NCBI GenBank assembly: GCA_030650395.1
Contig: JAUSDY010000128.1
Location: 13-64,012 of the forward strand
Direction of reading: 5' to 3'
Origin: Acidobacteriota bacterium
Lineage (GTDB): Bacteria; Acidobacteriota; Vicinamibacteria; Vicinamibacterales; UBA2999
Length of the DNA: 64,000 nucleotides
How positions within the stretch are numbered: position 1 is the stretch's first letter; every line of letters begins with the position of its first letter. A program made the translations under genes and the position numbers. Below the pieces are notes generated by a model, which was given only the letters and a program-made list of their open reading frames with translations, was not told the origin of the DNA and did no database searches. Shown one piece after another: positions 25,361 through 33,850 of this stretch.

Positions 25361-26832
25361 GGGCGCGGCCCCATCGCGCGCACGCGCCGCCTCACCCGCC
25401 GCCACGCCGGCAGCATCGTGGTGGCGCTCAACACCATTCCGCCCAGACTCAGCGCGATCACGACGATGTCCCAGAGAGGGCGGTGATAGTAGAGGAACGG
25501 GAAGTCGAAGCTGTGGAGGCCGTGATAGATCCAGCGGTTGATGCGGCTCAGCCTCTCTTCTTTTCTGACGATCGCGCCGCGGCGAGGGTCGAGATACAGC
25601 CAGGTCTGCTGCGGATCGCTGTAGCGCACGCGCAGCACCGGCAGCGACAAACGGCCGTCGCGGTCGTAATAGTACGAATCGTATTGATCCATCCAGAACA
25701 CGCCGTCGATCGCGACGCCAGGCATGGCCTCGCGCGCGGCGCCGAGCATCTCGTCGGCGTGTAGCGAGTCGTCTGGCCCCCTGAACGGCGCGTCGAACGA
25801 GACGATGCCGGCCGGTGCGCGCAGGAAGTAGCGGCCGCGAAACCGCACGACATCGATTTCTCTCGGCGCGTCGGATCCGTACGCCGCAACCGCGTGCTTC
25901 AGTGTGGCCAGTTGGATATCGCCGGTGCGAAACGGCCCGTGCGAAACCCCGTCACGCTGCTCGCGCGTCGGCGCAGTGCCGGGCGTCCAGTCCCACGGCT
26001 CCATCGAGAGCAGCCCACTGAAGAGCCAGGTGATCGTGGTCACGCCGAAGATCAATCCGGCGTAGTGGTGCCACTGCATCAAACCCGCGTACGGCGATCG
26101 GTGCGGCTGGCGCTTCAACCGGTATCGCCGTGAAGGGGAATAACGCCAGATGCCCCACAGCATGCCGGCGACCGACAGCACGACGCCCGCGATCGACGTC
26201 CAGATGATGGTCTGCGCCCACAGGGTCGCGTTGCGGCGAAAAGGCGCGAAGTAGATCCAGTGCAACACCGCGCCGAGAAAACCCCACCGCCGCCCGCTGG
26301 CCGTGGTCTTCATCACGACTTCCCCGCTCCGCTCTGACACGTAAAGGCGAGCGTCGTCCGCGTCGGCAAGCGCGATCCGGTGCATCGGCATTTGCCCGCG
26401 AACGCCGAAGGTCCACTGGTCCGCGTCGTCCAGGCGTGTGTCGTAGCGAAGAGCAGCGGTATCGCCGGCGCCGGCGAAATCCCTGGCGATGTCGACCGCG
26501 CGGTCGGCACTCACGGCGGCAAGCGTTTCACCGGTATCCGCGAAGATCGTGCGCGGCGTGCCCGCGGCAACCACGCGATACACGGGCCGGCCGCTCAGCG
26601 TGCTGATCGTCAACCGCGTGGCATCAGGAGCCACGGATTCCGGAGCGACGCGCAGCGCCGAGACATTCAACGGCGACAGCCGGGCGATTCTGTCTGGTGA
26701 TTCGAGTACCGGCATCCGCGCGTACATCATCACGATGCCGGACGCAAACCAGATGAAGATCAGCACTCCACCGGCGATCCCGAGCCAGCGGTGCGAGTAG
26801 ACCAGCGTGCGAGCGACCCGGTGGTGCCTCAC
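25357..26832 (-). CDS. PepSY-associated TM helix domain membrane protein
   Basis: HRWLGIAGGVLIFIWFASGIVMMY at the N-terminus and repeated similar TM motifs (HWIYFAPF, IYHGLHSFDF). Confidence 0.7.
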   Translation of the reverse strand: MRHHRVARTLVYSHRWLGIAGGVLIFIWFASGIVMMYARMPVLESPDRIARLSPLNVSALRVAPESVAPDATRLTISTLSGRPVYRVVAAGTPRTIFADTGETLAAVSADRAVDIARDFAGAGDTAALRYDTRLDDADQWTFGVRGQMPMHRIALADADDARLYVSERSGEVVMKTTASGRRWGFLGAVLHWIYFAPFRRNATLWAQTIIWTSIAGVVLSVAGMLWGIWRYSPSRRYRLKRQPHRSPYAGLMQWHHYAGLIFGVTTITWLFSGLLSMEPWDWTPGTAPTREQRDGVSHGPFRTGDIQLATLKHAVAAYGSDAPREIDVVRFRGRYFLRAPAGIVSFDAPFRGPDDSLHADEMLGAAREAMPGVAIDGVFWMDQYDSYYYDRDGRLSLPVLRVRYSDPQQTWLYLDPRRGAIVRKEERLSRINRWIYHGLHSFDFPFLYYHRPLWDIVVIALSLGGMVLSATTMLPAWRRVRRRVRAMGPRP

Positions 26833-26889
26833 CTCACGTCGGCGCGCGGGTCACTAGTGGCCATGCCCAGCTTGTACCATAATTGACGG

Positions 26890-27225
26890 GTGTGGACCCT
26901 TCAATCCATCGATCCTCCTGATACCGCGCTCACGTTTCGAATGCTCCCGGGCACGTTGAAGACCATGGGCCGGGCGCCGCGCGCCGACTTCGTCGTCGAC
27001 GCCGCGCTGGTGTCGCGGATCCATTGCCGCCTCACGCTCAGCGAGGCGAATCACCTCGAGCTCGAAGACCTCGGAAGCACGAACGGGACGTTCGTGAACG
27101 GGAAGAAGGTTGTGAAGAGCACGCTGAACGACGGCGACAAGATCAAGGTTGGGCGCGTCGAGTTCCTCGTCAATTCCGAGTCGAATGCCGAGGGTGGCAA
27201 ACCGAAAACGACCTGGTCGGTCTAG
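26890..27225 (+). CDS. FHA-domain protein
   Basis: MGRAPRADFVVDAALVSRIHCRL...DLGSTNGTFVNGKKV...GDKIKVGRVEF. Confidence 0.85.
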   Translation: MWTLQSIDPPDTALTFRMLPGTLKTMGRAPRADFVVDAALVSRIHCRLTLSEANHLELEDLGSTNGTFVNGKKVVKSTLNDGDKIKVGRVEFLVNSESNAEGGKPKTTWSV

Positions 27226-27240
27226 CCCCCAAGCCTGTAG

Positions 27241-27260
27241 AGCGGAACTTTAGTTCCGCT
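27241..27260. terminator. Hairpin AGCGGAAC-TTTA-GTTCCGCT between convergent genes
   Basis: Perfect 8-bp stem with the same core as 11900-11919. Lies between the FHA gene stop (27225) and the MBL gene stop (27267). Confidence 0.6.
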
Positions 27261-27266
27261 GTCTCC

Positions 27267-27926
27267 TCAAGCCCGCAGGTATTCCAGCACAAACGGATTG
27301 CCGCGCCGCTCGCGGCCGATCGTGGTTGCCGGCCCATGCCCCGAAAACACCGGCGCCTCGTCCGGGAACGCAAACAGCACGTCGGTGATGGCCTGCATCA
27401 GCGTTTCGTAATCGCCACCCGGCAAGTCGGTGCGGCCGATCGATCCGGCAAACAGCGTGTCGCCGACGAACAGGCTTGGCAGCGACGGGCTGGTCACGCC
27501 GGGCGTCACCGCGAGGCAGACCCCGCCCGGAGCGTGGCCGGGCGTGTGGTGGACGGCGACCGAGTAATCGCCGAAAGTGATCGGCCCTGTCCCCTCGTAG
27601 AACCGATCCACCGGTGGCGGCGCTTCGATCTCCATGCCGAACAACCGGCCGGTCGCCACGGCGTTGTCGTACAGGAACAGATCGTCTTTGTGCAAATGAA
27701 TGGGGGCGCCGAGCGTGCGCCTGGCCTGCGCCACGCCCGAGACGTGATCGATGTGCGCGTGGGTGAGCAGGATGTGCGTGACCGTGAGCTTCTCGGCGGC
27801 GACGAACCCGAGCAGTTGGTCGACTTCGTCTCCGGGATCGATGTAAACCGCCTCGCGGGTGCGCTCGCAGCCGAGGATGAAGCCATTCTTCATGAACACG
27901 CCCGCGGCTGCGCTTTCGATGATCAT
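27267..27926 (-). CDS. MBL-fold metallo-hydrolase (glyoxalase II-like)
   Basis: LLTHAHIDHVSG metal motif, and later HTPGHAPG. The start is trimmed to the ATG at 27926. Confidence 0.85.
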   Translation of the reverse strand: MIIESAAAGVFMKNGFILGCERTREAVYIDPGDEVDQLLGFVAAEKLTVTHILLTHAHIDHVSGVAQARRTLGAPIHLHKDDLFLYDNAVATGRLFGMEIEAPPPVDRFYEGTGPITFGDYSVAVHHTPGHAPGGVCLAVTPGVTSPSLPSLFVGDTLFAGSIGRTDLPGGDYETLMQAITDVLFAFPDEAPVFSGHGPATTIGRERRGNPFVLEYLRA

Positions 27927-27948
27927 CAGAGTTAGGATAGCAGGGCAC

Positions 27949-28299
27949 ATGGTGATCGTGGGCGTGGACGACTTGATGTTCTCGTCGCGGATTTCCAGCG
28001 CGGCGAAGGCGCTGGGCGTGGAGATTTCGTTTGCGCGCTCGCCCGAGGCAATCGTGGCCGCGGTCCGCGACAAGTCGCCGCGCCTTGTGATTCTCGATCT
28101 CAACAGCCAGCGCGTGCGCCCGCTCGAAGCGGTGGCCGCGCTCAAGGCCGACCCGGCGCTTGCCGCGGTGATGACGGTTGGCTTCGTGTCGCATCTGCAG
28201 GCAGACCTGATTGCCAGCGCCAGGGAGGCCGGCGTCGACCAGGTGCTCGCGCGATCCGCATTCGTGACGCAGCTGCCACAGCTGCTGCAGGGGACTTAG
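27949..28299 (+). CDS. Stand-alone receiver (CheY-like) domain protein
   Basis: MVIVGVDDLMF (acidic pair), LVILDLN (putative phospho-acceptor Asp) and GFVSH. The conserved Lys position is unclear. Confidence 0.55.
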   Translation: MVIVGVDDLMFSSRISSAAKALGVEISFARSPEAIVAAVRDKSPRLVILDLNSQRVRPLEAVAALKADPALAAVMTVGFVSHLQADLIASAREAGVDQVLARSAFVTQLPQLLQGT

Positions 28300-28337
28300 T
28301 GTCCGATACTCTCCTTTTCGTTGATACGCTCCACTAG

Positions 28338-29351
28338 ATGCTGCCGACCGCGCTCGACATCTACGATGCCCGCCGGCGCCTGGCCACCCACCTTGGGCCC
28401 ACACCACTGCTGCAGTCGCCGTGGCTGTCGTCGATCGCCGACGGGAGCGTGTTCCTCAAGCTGGAGTCGCTCAACCTCACGCACTCGTTCAAGATCCGTG
28501 GCGCGTTGAACGCGGCGCTGAAGCTGATTGAGAGCATCGACAAACCTTCCGCCTTCGCGCACGGCGCTTCGGCGGACAAGAAAGGTTTGTCGCCACCCGC
28601 GCTGACGGTCGTCACGGCCTCGGCCGGCAATCATGGCCGGGCGCTGGCGCTTGCCGCCGAGAAGCTGGGCTTGTCGTGCGTGGTCTTTACGCCCGCCACC
28701 GCGCCCGAGACGAAGAAGAACGCGATCCGCCGTCACGGCGCGGTGCTGCACGGCGACTGCGAAGACTACGACACAGCCGAAACGCAGGCCCGCGAGTTCG
28801 CGGAGTCCGAAGGCGCGACTTACATTTCGCCGTACAACCATCCCGACGTGATCGCCGGCGCCGGCACCGTGGGCCTCGACCTGATCGAGGCGATGCCGTC
28901 GTTCGACGTGGTGGTGGTGCCGCTTGGTGGCGGCGGGCTGGCAAGCGGGGTCGGCCTGGCGGTGAAGGCCGCGGGCCCGCCCGTGACGATCGTCGGCGTC
29001 GAGGTCGAAGCCTCCGCGCCATTCACCCTCAGCCTCGAGGCCGGCCGCATTACCGCCATCACCCCGCGTACCTCGCTTGCCGACGGCCTCACCGGTAACC
29101 TCGAGGCCGGGTCGATCACCTTTCCGCTGGTGAGGCAGGTGGTCGACTACGTGGTGACCGTGAGCGAAGACGACCTGACGCGCGCGATGCGCGGGCTGGC
29201 CGCCGAAGAACACCTCATCGTCGAAGGCGCGGGCGCCGCAGCGACCGCCGCCGTGATCGCCGGCAAGGCCTCCGCGCCGGGCCAGCGCGTGATCGCGCTT
29301 GTCACCGGCGCCAACGTCGACTTGCCGAAGTGGCTCTTCGCGGTCAGCTGA
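28338..29351 (+). CDS. PLP-dependent threonine/serine dehydratase family enzyme
   Basis: LESLNLTHSFKIRGALN (PLP lysine), ASAGNHG and PLGGGGL. It carries the family A element 28538-28592 in frame. Confidence 0.8.
   Translation: MLPTALDIYDARRRLATHLGPTPLLQSPWLSSIADGSVFLKLESLNLTHSFKIRGALNAALKLIESIDKPSAFAHGASADKKGLSPPALTVVTASAGNHGRALALAAEKLGLSCVVFTPATAPETKKNAIRRHGAVLHGDCEDYDTAETQAREFAESEGATYISPYNHPDVIAGAGTVGLDLIEAMPSFDVVVVPLGGGGLASGVGLAVKAAGPPVTIVGVEVEASAPFTLSLEAGRITAITPRTSLADGLTGNLEAGSITFPLVRQVVDYVVTVSEDDLTRAMRGLAAEEHLIVEGAGAAATAAVIAGKASAPGQRVIALVTGANVDLPKWLFAVS
28538..28592. repeat. Family A long palindromic element (55 nt) in frame in the dehydratase gene
   Basis: Sequence cgacaaaccttccgccttcgcgcacggcgcttcggcggacaagaaaggtttgtcg. 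Relative to its host gene it is in the opposite orientation to the ygfZ copy. It encodes DKPSAFAHGASADKKGLSP. Confidence 0.92.
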
Positions 29352-29354
29352 CGC

Positions 29355-29413
29355 GGGTTTCTCACGAGGGTTCCTCACAGCGGTTCTTTACGATGGTTCC
29401 TCACGAAGGTTCG
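29355..29413. repeat. 13-mer tandem array (GGTTCCTCACGAN type), about 4.5 copies
   Basis: Sequence gggtttctcacga gggttcctcacag cggttctttacga tggttcctcacga aggttcg. It is the inverted partner of 29938-30002. Confidence 0.9.
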
Positions 29414-29968
29414 TTGATAGCGCTTCGGTTTCAACCGCTCGAAGCCGTTCGGCCTGGATTGCCGATCAAGGCGCGCGACATGGAAACGGCCCAGACCGTG
29501 GTGCTTCACGCCGTCGCGAATCTCGATAGAAGACTGATCGGGATCTTCCATCCTTCCGTTCTCGCGATCTTCGACATCGTGGGCCATGAGGGCCAATCGC
29601 TTGCTGCGTGCGAGTTCGTGGCGTCACAGTCGCTCGAGAGTCTGCTCGCAGGAACGGTGTTGCACGCCCGGCGTGCTGCCGAAATAGTTGCGGAGGTGGC
29701 CGATGCCGCCGCCGAGCTTCACGCTCACGGAATGGCCCACGGCCACATCTCGGCGTCGACTGTTATCGTCACCGTGAAGGGCAAGGCCAAGCTGTCACTC
29801 ATTCGTGCTGACACTACGAGCGACGCCCATGCCGATGTTCAGGCATTGCGTGAATTAGGAGAGGAAATCGCCGGCAAGCGGTTCCCGGTGATCGAGCAAA
29901 CGGATTCAGCCGCCGTACTCGCCGCGGTGCTTCGCGCCACGAAGAACCTTCGTGAAGAACCCTCGTGA
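29393..29968 (+). CDS. Kinase-like fragment lacking all catalytic residues (putative pseudokinase); possibly non-functional
   Basis: The layout follows Ser/Thr kinase subdomains II-VII. However VAxK reads VVLH, HRDLKPxN reads HGHISAST and DFG reads LIR, and there is no Gly-rich loop. The start is uncertain (ATG at 29393 or 29480), and both ends are encoded by the flanking repeat arrays. Confidence 0.4.
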   Translation: MVPHEGSLIALRFQPLEAVRPGLPIKARDMETAQTVVLHAVANLDRRLIGIFHPSVLAIFDIVGHEGQSLAACEFVASQSLESLLAGTVLHARRAAEIVAEVADAAAELHAHGMAHGHISASTVIVTVKGKAKLSLIRADTTSDAHADVQALRELGEEIAGKRFPVIEQTDSAAVLAAVLRATKNLREEPS

Positions 29969-30002
29969 AGAACCCTCGTGGGGAACCACCGTGAGGAACC
30001 CT
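29938..30002. repeat. 13-mer tandem array (TCGTGAAGAACCN type), about 5 copies, inverted relative to 29355-29413
   Basis: Sequence cacgaagaacctt cgtgaagaaccct cgtgaagaaccct cgtggggaaccac cgtgaggaaccct. Confidence 0.9.
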
Positions 30003-30745
30003 TATCGTTTGGGCTGCGCCGGACGAATCTCGATGCGGCTCGGCAGGCTGCGGGCCGGGTGATTCATCACGTCGACGATCGCCTGCGCCACGTCGGCCGG
30101 TGACAGCTTCCACTCAGCGCCGCTCTCCGGCTCCCGGCCCGAGAACCCTGTCGCCACCGAACCGGGCATGACGTAGGTGACGCGGATGTTGTCGTAGCGC
30201 AGCTCCTGCATCAGCGCTTCACTGAACGCGTTGAGGCCCGCCTTCGACGCACAGTATGCGGCGCCGCCGATGAACGGGTTCTTGCTGGCAAGGCTGCTGA
30301 CATTCACGATCCAGCCGCCGCCGCGCGCGCGCAGCAGCGGAATCGCCGCCTTGCAGCAATTGAACACGCCGGTGAGATTGGTCCCGATGATGCGGTTCCA
30401 TTCGTCGTGCGGCATGTCGGCGATCGGCACGCCCACGCCGACGCCAGCATTGTTCACGAGCGCGTCGAGGCCGCCGAAACGCTCTGCGGCGGTCCGCAGT
30501 GCGCGTTCAGCGGACGAGGCGTCACGGACGTCACAGGTGATGCCGGCGATCCGTCCGCCCACCTTCGCGCTCCCGCGCTTCGGCGGGGCAAGGCCTATGG
30601 CAGCCGCGAGCGCATGTTCGGCGCGCATCACACCGTCGGTCGATGTGCCGGTAATGGCGACCTGATCGCCGTTCCGGAGCAGCGCCTCCGCCAGCGCGTA
30701 GCCGATACCTCTCGAGCCGCCCGTAATCAAAGTCGTTCGCGCCAT
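30002..30745 (-). CDS. SDR-family oxidoreductase
   Basis: TLITGGSRGIGYALAEAL, NNAG and YCASKAGLNAF. The start is at the ATG at 30745. Confidence 0.9.
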   Translation of the reverse strand: MARTTLITGGSRGIGYALAEALLRNGDQVAITGTSTDGVMRAEHALAAAIGLAPPKRGSAKVGGRIAGITCDVRDASSAERALRTAAERFGGLDALVNNAGVGVGVPIADMPHDEWNRIIGTNLTGVFNCCKAAIPLLRARGGGWIVNVSSLASKNPFIGGAAYCASKAGLNAFSEALMQELRYDNIRVTYVMPGSVATGFSGREPESGAEWKLSPADVAQAIVDVMNHPARSLPSRIEIRPAQPKR

Positions 30746-30763
30746 GCCTATAGAATAGTGCCC

Positions 30764-31612
30764 GTGGCGACGATCGTGATTCTCGGCGCGGGCGATCTCG
30801 GCGGCGCGACGGCGCGGCAACTGGCCGCCAGCGACGTCGTGTCGCGCATCGTGCTCGTCGACGACATCGGCAACGCCGCCGCCGGCAAGGCACTCGACGT
30901 CGCGCAATCGGGACCGGTGGACGGCTACACGACCACGCTCTCAGGCACGAATGACGTCGCCGCCGTCATTGGCGCGGTGGCCGTGATCTTCGCCGATCGC
31001 TTCGGGCCGCCGTCAGCCGATTGGCAAGACGAGGCGGGGCTGGCGCTGTTGAAGCGGGTCGCGGGGCTGAACCAGGCCGCGCCCTTGATATGCGCCGGCG
31101 CGTCGCAATCGTCGCTCGTCGAGCGAGGCGTCAACGAGTTGGGAATTTCGCGCGCGCGCCTGTTCGGGTCGGCGCCTGAAGGATTGCGATCGGCCGTGGT
31201 GACCGTGACCGCGCTCGAAGCCGCCGCGGCGCCATCAGACATTTCGCTGTCGGTCCTCGGCCGGCCGCCGCAACACGTGATCGTGCCGTGGGACGAAGCC
31301 GCGATCGCTGGCCGGTCTGCAACGCAGGTGCTGTCGGCCGCCCAATTAGCGCGACTGGATGCGCGAGTGGCGCGGCTGTGGCCACCCGGGCCTTACACGC
31401 TGGCCGCCGCTGCGGCGCGGATCATCCAAACAGCGATCACCAGGGGCCCGCGCATTCACATGGCGCAAGTCGCGCTCACGCGCGACGAAGGCACGCCCGG
31501 CCGTTCGGCGATGATGCCGGTCACGCTGCAACCGGCCGGCATCGCGCGGCTCGTCGAACCTGCGCTCTCGAACCGGGATCGCGTCCGATACGAAACCACG
31601 TTGCGTTCATAG
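30764..31612 (+). CDS. Lactate/malate dehydrogenase family protein (short form)
   Basis: VATIVILGAGDLGGATARQLAASDVVSRIVLVDD is an NAD-binding N-terminus. The GTG start at 30764 was chosen to clear the divergent SDR gene. The substrate-binding motifs are not clearly recognisable. Confidence 0.5.
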   Translation: MATIVILGAGDLGGATARQLAASDVVSRIVLVDDIGNAAAGKALDVAQSGPVDGYTTTLSGTNDVAAVIGAVAVIFADRFGPPSADWQDEAGLALLKRVAGLNQAAPLICAGASQSSLVERGVNELGISRARLFGSAPEGLRSAVVTVTALEAAAAPSDISLSVLGRPPQHVIVPWDEAAIAGRSATQVLSAAQLARLDARVARLWPPGPYTLAAAAARIIQTAITRGPRIHMAQVALTRDEGTPGRSAMMPVTLQPAGIARLVEPALSNRDRVRYETTLRS

Positions 31613-31616
31613 CGCG

Positions 31617-33125
31617 ATGTTGCGTTTCTGCGTAGCGGCCACGTTACTCACCACCCTGTCGCTCTCCCAATCCGCGCCACCAACAATCTCCGCGGCGAAC
31701 TATCTGTCGCACATCAGATACCTTGCGTCCGATTCGCTCGGTGGACGCGGCAACGGCACCGAAGGACTGCAGCGCGCGGGCGACTACATTGCGTCGCTGC
31801 TCGAGAGCGGCGGATGACAGCCGGCCGGAGATGACGGCACGTTCTTTCAGTCGTTCGAAGGCGAGATGACAGTCGAGCCGCCGCCGGCCGCGACGCTGAT
31901 CATTCGAACCGCTGCACACGCCGAAACCTTTACCGTCGGCGAGCAGTACTACCCGCTCTCGATCATCGACCGCACGCGCGGCGAACCAGCGCCGGTGGCC
32001 GATCGCGTTGCGGTGGTGTTCGCCGGCTACGGCATGGCGGCGCCCGCACTCGGCTACGACGACTTCAAGGATGTCGACGTCCGGGGCAAGGCCGTCGTCG
32101 TCTTCACCCACGTACCGCAAGAAGCCGACGCTCGCAGCGTCTTCGACGGCACGTCGCTCACGCCCGGCGCCGCGGTCGCGATCAAGGCGCGCGAGGCGAT
32201 GGCGAGAGGTGCGGCCATGTTGATTGTTGCCGACGACCCGTCACACCATGTCGATTACGCGTTCAGCCGATCCTGGTGGAACGATCCGCAAAGCGACGAG
32301 ATGGGAATTCCCGTGCTCCGCGTGGCGCGGGCCAGGCTCGCACGCGCGCTGCCGGACGTGGACTTCGAAGGTCTGGCGCGCACCATCGACATCACGCTCG
32401 GGCCACAGTCTCGCGATCTGGCCGGCGCGACGATCAGCTATACCGAGCATCGCGCCCGGCTGCGGCCGCGGCTCCGTAACGTCGTCGCGCTCGTCCGCGG
32501 CAGCGATCCCGAGCGAGCGCTCGACGCCATCGTAGTTGGCGCGCATTACGACCACCTCGGCCTGGGCGGGCGATTCTCGGATAGTCCGGAATCCGCTGGC
32601 ATGGTTCACAACGGCGCCGACGATAACGCGTCAGGCGTGGCGGCGATACTCGAGGTCTGCCGCGCGCTGGCGCGGCAGCGCCCTCTGCCGCGCACCGTGG
32701 TCTGCGCGGCGTTTGCGGGCGAAGAGATCGGCCTGCTCGGCTCGGACCACTACGTCTCTCACCCGGCCGTTCAGATCGATCGCACCATCGCGATGATCAA
32801 CCTGGACATGGTCGGCCGCGCCCGCGGCCGCGTGATGGTCGGAATGTTCGGCGGCCGCCGCCCGTGGATGACAGGCTTGCCGCGGGAAATGCGCGACTGG
32901 ACACGGCTTACGATCGATGACTTCGCGCGCGGCGGTTACCAGGCAGGGTCATCGGACGACGCGTCGTTTACCAGTCAGGGCGTGCCGGCCGTGGCGTTCT
33001 TCACCGGCTTCCATTCCGATTACCACCGCCCGAGTGACGACGTGCAACGGATCGATGCGGAAGGCGGCGCCCACATCGCCGCCCTTGCGGTTCGCCTCGT
33101 CTCGATGCTCGCCGCGCAGCCTTAA
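31617..33125 (+). pseudogene. M28-family aminopeptidase with a PA domain, interrupted by one in-frame TGA
   Basis: ORFs 31617..31817 and 31866..33125 are in the same frame. Reading through the TGA at 31815-31817 gives ...RAGDYIASLLESGG*QPAGDDGTFFQSFEGEMTV..., a continuous M28 N-terminus. The downstream motifs are intact (VVGAHYDHLG, HNGADDNASG, FAGEE, FHSDYHRPSD). Confidence 0.7.
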
Positions 33126-33850
33126 GCGGCGAGCGTGCGCCCGAACACTTCGCAGAAGCGGCCGACGATTCGATCCTCCACATCGGCCATGGCGGGCTGC
33201 TTGCCAATGCGCGCCGACAGCGAGGTGACGCCGCGGTCCGCGATGCCGCACGGCACGATCAGCTTGAAGAACTCGACGTCCGTCGTCACGTTGAACGCGA
33301 AGCCATGACTCGAAATCCAGCGCGAGATGCGGACGCCGATCGCGCCGATTTTCTCGTACGCCACTTGCCCTGAGCGAGCATCGCGAGTCGAAGGGATCCA
33401 GGTGCCGCTCAGGCCCTTGAGGCGTTCCGCGTCGAGCCCATAGTCCGCGCACACGCGGATCATGACTTCCTCGAGATCGCGAACATAGCGATGCACGTCG
33501 CGGCGGTCTGGATTGAGATCGACGATCGGATAGCCGACGAGCTGCCCTGGCCCGTGGTACGTCACGTCGCCGCCCCGCCCGGTGTCTAACACCTCGACGC
33601 CGAGCGACAACAGCCGTTCCGGCGAGGCGAGAATGTGCGAGCGGCCATCCTTCTTGACGCCGATCGTCACGACGTGCGGATGCTGAAGCAGTAAGAGGGT
33701 GTCGGGAATGCGATCGGCCTTGCGGTCGTCTACCAGCCGGCGCTGCAGCTCCAGCGCCTCGGCGTAGGGCACGAGGCCCAGCCGCCGGACGTGTAAAGAC
33801 GCCGGGTTCATTTTCCGCCCAACCCTCGGGAAAAATGAACCCGGCGTCAT
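33122..33850 (-). CDS. lipB: Lipoyl(octanoyl) transferase LipB
   Basis: LLLLQHPHVVTIG, RGGDVTYHGPGQLVGYPI and KIGAIGVRISRWISSHGFAFNV. ATGA overlap with the E2 gene's stop. It carries family C repeat 33368-33395 in frame. Confidence 0.88.
   Translation of the reverse strand: MTPGSFFPRVGRKMNPASLHVRRLGLVPYAEALELQRRLVDDRKADRIPDTLLLLQHPHVVTIGVKKDGRSHILASPERLLSLGVEVLDTGRGGDVTYHGPGQLVGYPIVDLNPDRRDVHRYVRDLEEVMIRVCADYGLDAERLKGLSGTWIPSTRDARSGQVAYEKIGAIGVRISRWISSHGFAFNVTTDVEFFKLIVPCGIADRGVTSLSARIGKQPAMADVEDRIVGRFCEVFGRTLAA
33368..33395. repeat. Family C element (short form) in frame in lipB
   Basis: Sequence ccctgagcgagcatcgcgagtcgaaggg, which encodes PSTRDARSGQ, inserted just before the conserved KIGAIGV strand. 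Confidence 0.85.

Noticed and set aside
31815-31817. The in-frame TGA of the M28 peptidase as a selenocysteine codon
   Set aside because: The codon lies in a non-catalytic N-terminal segment where homologues (from memory) have a hydrophobic or neutral residue. I see no obvious stem-loop immediately downstream. A nonsense mutation or a sequencing error is more parsimonious.
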